Shown here: positions 7,854-14,847 of the stretch, one piece after another
How positions within the stretch are numbered: the stretch's first letter is position 1
Layout of the letters: each line of letters opens with the position of its first letter
Origin: a bacterium
GTDB taxonomy: Bacteria; DUMJ01
Direction: 5' to 3'
NCBI GenBank assembly: GCA_049970495.1
Contig: JBMFMV010000048.1
Location: 1-14,847 of the forward strand
DNA length: 14,847 nt
Program-made: the position numbers and the translations under genes
The notes under the pieces: model-generated
Seen by the model: only the letters and a program-made list of their open reading frames with translations
Told to the model about the DNA's origin: nothing
The model's database searches: none

Positions 7854-7889
7854 TAGGGGTTCAAAATCTTGAACCCCTACTTTATTTTT
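7854..7889. terminator. Intrinsic terminator between the convergent corrinoid and kinase genes
   Basis: 11-bp stem TAGGGGTTCAA / TTGAACCCCTA with an AATC loop, followed by CTTTATTTTT on the + strand and an AT-rich tail on the - strand. Confidence 0.85.
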
Positions 7890-7914
7890 GATGCTATTGT
7901 TTAAAGATTAGGTT

Positions 7915-9411
7915 TTACAGAGTAAATCTTGTCATCTCATGCATAAGGTCTTTTAATTGTGTATAGGTCTTCTTATATTTGTCGAAATAGAAATCATAAA
8001 TGGATTTATTCTTTAAATTAGGTTCTACTATATTTTTTATTTTTACCATCTGACTAGCTCCCTCTTTTAGATCCCTAAAATATTTAGCACCAACTGCTCC
8101 TGCTATAGCAGAACCTAGACATCCAGCCTCTTCTACCTCGGGTATATAGATTGGAACTCCGCAGACATCTGCATTTATCTGAAGCCAGAGTTTACTTCTA
8201 GTTCCCCCACCGCAGGCATATATCTCCCCAATATTTACCCCTTTTGAGATTATAGCCTCTAAAATATTTCTTGTTCCATAGGCGGTTCCTTCATAAATTG
8301 CTCTATGTATATGATAAGGTGTATGTTTTAAACTAAGCCCCCAAATAACTCCTCTGGCAAGGGGGTCTCTAATAGGAGATCTATAACCTTGCCAATATTC
8401 TAATAACACAAGTCCTTCAGATCCAGGAGGAATTGTGCTAGCCTTACTATCTAATTCCTCATATGACGTATTAGTAAATTGATCTGTAAACCACTTAACT
8501 ACAGAGCCTGTAGATGTCTGTCCTCCCTCAAGAACCCATTTACCTTTTATAAGGGCATCAGGATATGGTCCCCAGACTCCAGTGCCGAAGACGGCATTAT
8601 CTGTAATAACCATATGACAGGTAGAAGAGCCCATAATCATTCCCATCTTGTTAGGGCTTGTTATATTTATTCCAACCATTGCTAGGTACGCATCTATTCC
8701 GCCTTCTGCTACAGGTATGTTTGAAGGCAGACCTAGTTCCTTGGCTACAGACGATGAAAGGTGATCAGATACTTCTCCAATGCTCAATATGTCTTTGGGC
8801 CATTTTTCTAGGAGTTCTTCCATATTTAATCTTCTGAGTAAGTTAACTGGAAATCCTCCTAATACAGATACATAATTCCACTTACATGTGGCATTACATA
8901 GTGATATTGTCCATCTTCCTGTAAGTTTATACATAAGATAATCTGTAGCCTCTACTATATATCTGGCTCTATTATAAATCTCTGGTTCATTCTTTTTTAA
9001 CCACATAGCTTTTGGAATCATCCACTCTGCAGATTCATCATCACCAGCATACCTTAATACCTCATCTTTAGTTTCTGTAACTTCCTGTGCTTCTTTAAAT
9101 GCCCTTATATCCATCCACAAAAGTGCTCTTCTTAGAGGATTTCCATTTTCATCTAATGGAACCACTGTACAGGCGGTAGCATCTAGGCTTATACCTCCAA
9201 TTGCATTTGGATCTACCCCAGAGTCCTGTATAACCCTTTTTACTGTAATTTTCAGTGCATCCCACCAGTCGTTAGGGTCCTGTTCTGCCCAACCTGATGA
9301 TGGATAATAGACAGGATACTCTTTGGTAGCAAAGGCTAAGGGCTTTCCACTATCGTCAAATATTCCAGCCCTTAAACTTTGAGTTCCACAGTCTATCCCT
9401 ATAAAATACAT
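7915..9411 (-). CDS. FGGY-family carbohydrate kinase, ribulokinase/pentulose kinase-like (498 aa; start corrected from 9507 to 9411)
   Basis: MYFIGIDCGTQSLRAG is preceded by SD AAGGAGG (9417-9423). Motifs DATACT, LLWMDIRA, CKWNY, GGIDA, MGSSTCH, GVWGPY, EGGQTSTG and CGGGTRSKLWLQ resemble the ribulokinase-like branch of FGGY. Substrate is inferred. Confidence 0.9.
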   Translation of the reverse strand: MYFIGIDCGTQSLRAGIFDDSGKPLAFATKEYPVYYPSSGWAEQDPNDWWDALKITVKRVIQDSGVDPNAIGGISLDATACTVVPLDENGNPLRRALLWMDIRAFKEAQEVTETKDEVLRYAGDDESAEWMIPKAMWLKKNEPEIYNRARYIVEATDYLMYKLTGRWTISLCNATCKWNYVSVLGGFPVNLLRRLNMEELLEKWPKDILSIGEVSDHLSSSVAKELGLPSNIPVAEGGIDAYLAMVGINITSPNKMGMIMGSSTCHMVITDNAVFGTGVWGPYPDALIKGKWVLEGGQTSTGSVVKWFTDQFTNTSYEELDSKASTIPPGSEGLVLLEYWQGYRSPIRDPLARGVIWGLSLKHTPYHIHRAIYEGTAYGTRNILEAIISKGVNIGEIYACGGGTRSKLWLQINADVCGVPIYIPEVEEAGCLGSAIAGAVGAKYFRDLKEGASQMVKIKNIVEPNLKNKSIYDFYFDKYKKTYTQLKDLMHEMTRFTL

Positions 9412-9447
9412 AAAGACCTCCTTATAAAAAGTTTTGGTTTCAAAAAA

Positions 9448-9456
9448 ATTATAACA
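9448..9456 (-). promoter_or_regulatory. Extended -10 promoter (TGtTATAAT) for the kinase
   Basis: Perfect TGnTATAAT 36 nt upstream of the corrected start, which supports 9411 as the start. Confidence 0.6.
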
Positions 9457-9628
9457 TAACTTATCCAAGTCATGTGATTGTTGCAGAAATAGTTGATGAG
9501 ATTCCAATTTTATTGTCTAATGCCTACTTCTATGTTCCTCTTGGTTATAAACTATTCTAAGCAAGTAATTATCAATATTTATGGCACTTTATCAACCAAA
9601 TTTGAAACAATTACAAGTCACTGTAATC

Positions 9629-9657
9629 TTGACATCCTAAAATTTTCAGTGTAATAT
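9629..9657 (+). promoter_or_regulatory. sigma70 promoter for the LacI regulator / ABC operon
   Basis: TTGACA (9629-9634), 17 bp, TAATAT (9652-9657). Confidence 0.65.
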
Positions 9658-9697
9658 TATACTAGTTACATAAAAAATTATACAGAGGGAATAAGGT

Positions 9698-10702
9698 ATG
9701 GCAGTTACTATAAAAGATATAGCGGAGAAAGTTGGAGTTTCAACAGCTACTGTATCTAGGGCATTAAACAATATCGGTTATGTAAAAGAGGATACCCGTA
9801 AGAAGATACTAGAGATTGCTGATTCTCTAGGATATGAAAGATACAGGGAAGGAGATACTACTAAAGCAAAGACAAATCAGATAGGAGTAATTGTCTCTGA
9901 CGTAACAAACCCATTTTTTACACAGGTTGTTAGAGGCATAGAAGATGTTTTAAGTATTGCTGGCTATAGTTTATTACTATGTAATGCGGATGAAAATGTA
10001 GAAAAGGAAATGCATTATCTTAGAATACTTAAAGATAAAAGAGTTGATGGAATAATCTTAGCTCCGGCTAGAGGAGATCATAGAGGTATAAATGAGATAA
10101 CGGATAGAGGTATCTGTTTAGTGCTTATAGATAGACTTATAGATGGCTTAGATGTAGATGCGGTAGTAATTGACAATATAAGTGGGGCATATGAAGGGGT
10201 ATCCCATCTTATCTCTGAGGGATATAGAAAAATAGCTATGATTACTGGACCTCTAGAAGTAATGACAGCGAGAGAAAGACTTGAAGGTTATAAAAAAGCT
10301 CTGAGGGATAATGGGATAGATTTTGACGAGAACCTGGTAGAAAATGGAAAGTATACTCAAGATGGGGGATACAGAGCAACTAAAACCCTTATAGAAAGGG
10401 TAAAGCCAGATGCCTTATTTGTAGCAAATAATGTAATGACTACCGGTGCTCTTCTAGCTATAAAGGAACTAGGACTTAAGATTCCAGAAGAAATAGGTAT
10501 TGTTGGATTTGATGATTTAGAATGGGCTCCACTTATAGATCCTCCATTAACTACCATTTCTCAGCCTATATACACTATAGGTTCTACCGCTGCTCAGTTA
10601 CTTCTAAGGAGACTTGGAAGGACTGTAAAACTTAGAAAGGAGGTGGTGATACTAAAGCCAAAGCTTATTATAAGAGAATCAAGTAGAAGGGGGAAGAGAT
10701 AA
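9698..10702 (+). CDS. LacI-family transcriptional regulator
   Basis: HTH TIKDIAEKVGVSTATVSRALN, then a sugar-binding domain with NPFF, VDGIIL, IPEEIGIVGFDD, PPLTTISQP and LIIRESS. Confidence 0.97.
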   Translation: MAVTIKDIAEKVGVSTATVSRALNNIGYVKEDTRKKILEIADSLGYERYREGDTTKAKTNQIGVIVSDVTNPFFTQVVRGIEDVLSIAGYSLLLCNADENVEKEMHYLRILKDKRVDGIILAPARGDHRGINEITDRGICLVLIDRLIDGLDVDAVVIDNISGAYEGVSHLISEGYRKIAMITGPLEVMTARERLEGYKKALRDNGIDFDENLVENGKYTQDGGYRATKTLIERVKPDALFVANNVMTTGALLAIKELGLKIPEEIGIVGFDDLEWAPLIDPPLTTISQPIYTIGSTAAQLLLRRLGRTVKLRKEVVILKPKLIIRESSRRGKR

Positions 10703-10866
10703 GAGTAATGTTAGAGACTTTGCAGTAAATTTGATGATAAATGATGAGAGTTTCGTTCTTCTGTAGGTAGGTGTACTTTGAAAGATTAATATCTGGAGAA
10801 TTTAGATTAGAGGAGATTTTAGAGTCTCTGAAAATTTTGAGAATTCTTTTATGGAGGTGATTTTTT

Positions 10867-12138
10867 ATGATAAAAAAAGGAGTAGTTATACTCCTAGTAT
10901 CAACTCTAATGATATCAGTACTTTTTGTTTCTGCTGGATTTACCAAAGACAAGGTCCAGATAAGATTCTGGAAATTTACTGATACCTTTGCTGATGCCAC
11001 AATAGAAAAATACATAAAATTATGGAATCAGTCGCACCCTGATATTGAGGTAATCTTTGAGACTTTCCCATGGGGAGATTACACTGGTACTAAGTTATCT
11101 AGTGCTTTTGCTACAGGACAAGGGCCAGATGTCTTCTTTATAAGCCCTGGGGATTTTCTTAGATATGTAAATGCAGGATTAGCTCAGCCACTTGAGAAAT
11201 ATTTATCAACAGAAGAAATAAAGGATTTCTTACCAGCAACGATACAATCTGTTAAAGTTAGTGGCCATATATTCGCTATTCCACTTGAAATGGAGCCAGT
11301 TGCTATCTTTTATAACAAAAAGTCCTTTAAGAATCTTGGTTTACAAGAACCAAAAACATGGAATGAGCTTTTAGATACTGCCCATAAATTGAGAAAGGGT
11401 GAGAAATACGGAATAATCGTAGAAGTTGCTCCGGGTTATTATCAGAATTTCACCTGGTATCCTTTTCTTTGGTCTGCAGGAGGCGATGTAATTTCTAAGG
11501 ATTGGAAAAGAGCATTGATGACAAGCCAGGCTGGAATAGCTGCACTAAAATTATGGGGAGATTTTATAAAAGAAGATGTAGCTCCAAAAACCTTACCAGG
11601 TTCAGGTCCGGATATTACTATGCTCGGTAATGGAATAGCAGATATGATGGTATGTGGTTTTTGGGGAGTTAAACCACTTCAGGCTGATTTCCCTAAATAT
11701 GAATTTGGTGTTTTTCCGATTCCTCCTATTGATAACAAACATAAGAGTATAAGTGTATACGGTGGATGGAGGCTTATGGTTAATGCTAAAAGTAAGAATG
11801 TGGAAGAAGCTATTAAATTTGCTAAGTGGATGGGAGTAGAACAGATAGATTTTCCCCTCGAATGGTGTACAGTTGCAAACTCAAAGTTCTCTCCCAGGAA
11901 ATCTGTCCTAAAAGCCGGAGAGAAGTATTATTCTACTCCTCCTAATGATATTTTCTCAAAGATTATTCAAACGGCAAAATCAGAGCCAGCCTTTCCACCA
12001 GAGATAGTAAAGGCAGTTTCCGATGCAATACAAGGAGTAATGTTTGGAGGGATTGATGCTAAGGTAGCTGCTAAAAACGCTGAAGCCTCCATCACTGATT
12101 TTTTGAAGAATTATAAAGGCGGTATTCCAGGTATGTGA
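10867..12138 (+). CDS. Carbohydrate ABC transporter solute-binding protein (CUT1 / SBP_bac_1-like)
   Basis: Signal peptide with no lipobox Cys. Motifs HPDIEV, GQGPDVF, IFYNKK and PKTWNEL. SD GGAGGTGA. Followed by two permeases. Confidence 0.93.
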   Translation: MIKKGVVILLVSTLMISVLFVSAGFTKDKVQIRFWKFTDTFADATIEKYIKLWNQSHPDIEVIFETFPWGDYTGTKLSSAFATGQGPDVFFISPGDFLRYVNAGLAQPLEKYLSTEEIKDFLPATIQSVKVSGHIFAIPLEMEPVAIFYNKKSFKNLGLQEPKTWNELLDTAHKLRKGEKYGIIVEVAPGYYQNFTWYPFLWSAGGDVISKDWKRALMTSQAGIAALKLWGDFIKEDVAPKTLPGSGPDITMLGNGIADMMVCGFWGVKPLQADFPKYEFGVFPIPPIDNKHKSISVYGGWRLMVNAKSKNVEEAIKFAKWMGVEQIDFPLEWCTVANSKFSPRKSVLKAGEKYYSTPPNDIFSKIIQTAKSEPAFPPEIVKAVSDAIQGVMFGGIDAKVAAKNAEASITDFLKNYKGGIPGM

Positions 12139-12148
12139 TAGTAACTTT

Positions 12149-12184
12149 AAGGGTCACTAGGGGAAGTTCTTCTTAGTGACCCTT
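12149..12184 (+). terminator. Intergenic hairpin after the SBP gene (partial terminator or mRNA stabiliser)
   Basis: 11-bp stem AAGGGTCACTA / TAGTGACCCTT, extendable by G-U pairs, followed by TATTCT. This is the typical position for setting SBP-to-permease stoichiometry. Confidence 0.75.
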
Positions 12185-12235
12185 TATTCTAAGATTATTA
12201 ATTTTTTAATATCCCAAAAAGGAGGATTCTAGTTA

Positions 12236-13108
12236 GTGAAGAAGAATATACAAGAATTGTTCTTTGGATATTTATTTTTGATTCCTGATTTAATTGGATT
12301 GATGATTTTTTGGGCTGTTCCTGCGATAATAGCCTTTATTATAAGCCTATATAATTGGGATGCAATCGGCCAACCTATTTTTTCTGGTTTCTCAAACTAT
12401 CGAAATATATGGTCAGATCCGTATTGGATAAAGAGTCTTTCGAATACGGTAAAATATTCTTTGATCTTTGTTCCCTTAAATTTTATTATTTCGTTATTAC
12501 TGGCTCTCTTGGTTAAAGAAGAAATAAAAGGAATAGGGATATATAAAGCGATTTTTTTTGCTTCAACAGCTATGTCTTCTGTGGCTATTTCATTTATATG
12601 GAAATATATGTTTCAACCTTACGGGTTTATTAATTATATTATTTCATTTTTTGGAGTATCTCACCAGCCATTTTTAGGCTCAACTCAACAAGCTTTATTC
12701 TGTATCTTAGTAGTACATTTATATATGAGCGTAGGATATTATATGGTGATTTTTCTCGCGGGTCTAAATGATATCCCATTAGAATATTATGAGGCTTCAA
12801 AAATGGATGGAGCAAATGCTATTCAGAGATTTTGGTTTATCACTTTTCCCCTTCTTAAACCAACATCTACTTTTGTGTTAATTATGACTTTTCTTCAAGG
12901 ATTTCAAGTATTTGACTATATCTATATTTTGACAGGGGGAGGACCATACTATAGCACTTCAACATCAGTTTATTATATGTATTATACTGCTTTTCAAATG
13001 TATCATTTTGGTTATGGTTCAGCTCAGGCCTTTCTCCTTTTTTTAATATTAGCTACTCTCTCTTTCTTTATGCTTAAAGTTTTAAGAAGCGGAAAAATTG
13101 CAATGTGA
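12236..13108 (+). CDS. Carbohydrate ABC transporter permease (MalF/UgpA-like)
   Basis: Multiple transmembrane segments, EAA loop YYEASKMDGAN...FWFITFPLLKP, and LTGGGP. GTG start with SD AAGGAGG. Confidence 0.95.
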   Translation: MKKNIQELFFGYLFLIPDLIGLMIFWAVPAIIAFIISLYNWDAIGQPIFSGFSNYRNIWSDPYWIKSLSNTVKYSLIFVPLNFIISLLLALLVKEEIKGIGIYKAIFFASTAMSSVAISFIWKYMFQPYGFINYIISFFGVSHQPFLGSTQQALFCILVVHLYMSVGYYMVIFLAGLNDIPLEYYEASKMDGANAIQRFWFITFPLLKPTSTFVLIMTFLQGFQVFDYIYILTGGGPYYSTSTSVYYMYYTAFQMYHFGYGSAQAFLLFLILATLSFFMLKVLRSGKIAM

Positions 13109-13123
13109 GGAGGTAATAAAATT

Positions 13124-13945
13124 ATGAAGAAAAAATTTATGCTCATTCTTAAATATTTTATTCTTACATTATTAGCAATTGTTTTTATATTCCCCCAGTA
13201 TTGGATGTTTATAAGTTCTATAAAATCCCCGAGGGAGATTTTTAAGTTCCCACCAGTCTTGTTTCCAAAAGAATTTGTATGGGGAAATTATCTGAAAGTT
13301 TTTCAACAGGTTCCATTTTTAAGATATATGCTTAATAGTTTTTATGTATCCACTGTTGTTACAATTGTTGCCTTATTTTTGCACTCAATGGCTGCCTATT
13401 CTTTGGCCAGACTAAAATATCCTGGCAGAGAATTTTTATTTTTTTTAGTAATCAGTACATTAATGATACCTTCTTCCGCCATACTGATCCCTCTTTTCTT
13501 TGTAGTGAAATTTTTTGGTTGGATTAATACATATTCAGGACTAATAATACCCGCTATTCCCCATGCTTTTGGTATTTTTCTACTTAGACAGTTTTATTTA
13601 AATTTTCCTCGTGAATTAGAAGAGGCAGCAACTCTTGATGGTTGTAATATACCTAATATATTCTTTAGGATAATAATCCCCATATCTAGGCCTATCCTTT
13701 CAGCATTAGCCGTATTTTTCTTTCTTGCTAATTGGAATTCTTTTATGTGGCCTCTTGTAGTTATTAATAGTCCCTCTATGAGAACTGTTCAACTTGGTAT
13801 AGCTCAGTATGGTGGAGAATTCAATAATCCCTGGGCAATACAACTAGCTGCATGTACAGTTGCTATTATTCCCTCTGTTATAATCTTTGTGATTTTGCAG
13901 AAACAATTAATGCAAAGTATTACAATTACAGGAATGAAATTCTGA
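13124..13945 (+). CDS. Carbohydrate ABC transporter permease (MalG/UgpE-like)
   Basis: Motifs AAYSLARL, GIFLLRQF, EAA loop ELEEAATLDGC, and WNSFMWP. SD GAGGAGG. Confidence 0.95.
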   Translation: MKKKFMLILKYFILTLLAIVFIFPQYWMFISSIKSPREIFKFPPVLFPKEFVWGNYLKVFQQVPFLRYMLNSFYVSTVVTIVALFLHSMAAYSLARLKYPGREFLFFLVISTLMIPSSAILIPLFFVVKFFGWINTYSGLIIPAIPHAFGIFLLRQFYLNFPRELEEAATLDGCNIPNIFFRIIIPISRPILSALAVFFFLANWNSFMWPLVVINSPSMRTVQLGIAQYGGEFNNPWAIQLAACTVAIIPSVIIFVILQKQLMQSITITGMKF

Positions 13946-14126
13946 GGAGGAAAGAGTGGGAGGAATGAGGTAGGAACTAATATTGAAAATAGCAAGGAGT
14001 AGATGCATTTGGTTATATTGAAATTCTTGGAAAGAGTAATATTAACTAAAGAATTAGAGATTTTGAAAGGCTTGAAATCTGATTAATGTTTTATCTAGAT
14101 AAAGTATATACCAGGAGGATTGATTT

Positions 14127-14847
14127 ATGAAGTATGTTGTTTTATTACTCTCTTTAATATTAATCTTTTCATTAGTAGATAAGATTGCTTTGGGAAGTGA
14201 AAAGATTTTAAGAGGTGTAAAGGTAGATATGGTTGCTAAATTAACAGGTATTGATAGTATAAATGGCCCTTTGTGTGAAGAGCGTGCTGTTTATGGATGT
14301 GATCTAGGTCATATGTTTGAAATGGGGAATCGGATATATTTTGTTTTTGGCGATACTTTTGGTAAAAACAAAACCCTATGGCGAAGTAATGTAATGGCTT
14401 TTACTTCAGATACAAAGCCTTCAGATGGGATAACTTTTGACGACTTCATCTGGACAAGGGAGGGATCATACTATGAGGTGGAAGATAATAACTTAAAAAT
14501 GCATATTATGAAGAGAAGCGATTTATGGATAGGGACAGATATGGCTCCTAAATTCCTTAAAATTCCATCAAATAATAATTGGTCAATTGATATGAAAATT
14601 TCTAAAAACGAAGCAATACCGTATGGCACTAACTTCTTTGGTTTAATTGTTTTTAAAGATGAAAATAATTGGCTTTTGTGGGGACCTTTAGGGAATAATT
14701 TGATGGAAGCAAGTGGTATTTTCAATGGAACCTTTAGAAAGATAATCTCTCTTGATTTTTCTGAACCATTTTTACGTATCTCTAAACAAAACAACAAATA
14801 CCTGTTTTACTATAGTAAAGACGGTAATAACTGGGTTATTGCAGGAG
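14127..14847 (+). CDS. Secreted DUF4185 (GH183-like) putative glycoside hydrolase with a ConA-like/DUF1349-like beta-sandwich segment; 3' truncated (not in the ORF track)
   Basis: SD AGGAGG (14113-14118) and an open frame of 240 codons to the window end. Signal peptide MKYVVLLLSLILIFSLVDKIALG, then KLTG..SIN, VYGCDLG, YFVFGDTFG and WRSNVMAFTSD..PSDGITFD, recognised by eye as the DUF4185 N-terminus. After that, DLW...AP, GLIVFKDENNWL and LRISK...FYYSKDGNNW. Confidence 0.75.
   Translation, partial: MKYVVLLLSLILIFSLVDKIALGSEKILRGVKVDMVAKLTGIDSINGPLCEERAVYGCDLGHMFEMGNRIYFVFGDTFGKNKTLWRSNVMAFTSDTKPSDGITFDDFIWTREGSYYEVEDNNLKMHIMKRSDLWIGTDMAPKFLKIPSNNNWSIDMKISKNEAIPYGTNFFGLIVFKDENNWLLWGPLGNNLMEASGIFNGTFRKIISLDFSEPFLRISKQNNKYLFYYSKDGNNWVIAG

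Noticed and set aside
9412..9507. 32-aa N-terminal extension of the FGGY kinase given by the ORF track
   Set aside because: The family fold starts at MYFIGID (9411). An SD and an extended -10 lie inside the supposed extension.
9541..9599. Imperfect inverted repeat TTGGTT-ATAAA ... TTTATCAACCAA
   Set aside because: Gapped, AT-rich and long-looped, so it is compatible with chance. No riboswitch or sRNA features were recognised.
8479..14797. ORFs 8479-8685 (+), 10357-10557 (-), 10668-11015 (-), 13804-13995 (-) and 14471-14797 (-)
   Set aside because: Antisense to supported genes. The real gene at the window end is on the + strand from 14127.
1..14847. CRISPR array, transposase, prophage or defence system
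   Set aside because: No regularly spaced repeats, terminal inverted repeats or matching protein motifs were seen. Nearly all of the sequence is explained by housekeeping and sugar-utilisation genes.

Overview
AT-rich bacterial chromosomal window. A thermophilic, anaerobic, probably diderm host is inferred from the PDO, AMIN-type amidase, lipobox-free solute-binding protein and corrinoid protein; taxonomy cannot be fixed from this window. Left: 3' part of rpoC followed by a two-CxxC protein disulfide oxidoreductase. Converging on them is a tightly packed minus-strand run: alr, rpmE, smpB, ssrA (tmRNA), an AMIN-domain amidase, murI, rpe, and a 40-aa CPxCG zinc-ribbon microprotein missed by the ORF track. 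Right: a stand-alone corrinoid protein, then a sugar locus made of an FGGY kinase divergent from a LacI regulator, an ABC solute-binding protein, two permeases and a truncated secreted DUF4185/GH183-like glycosidase (also missed by the ORF track). The most striking observation is that the smpB stop codon lies inside the mature tmRNA (nt 8-10). RNase P maturation of tmRNA would therefore turn smpB mRNA into a non-stop message, which suggests a self-tagging feedback loop. Second is a candidate D-arabinan utilisation locus whose hydrolase appears to carry a lectin-like domain inserted in its catalytic domain.
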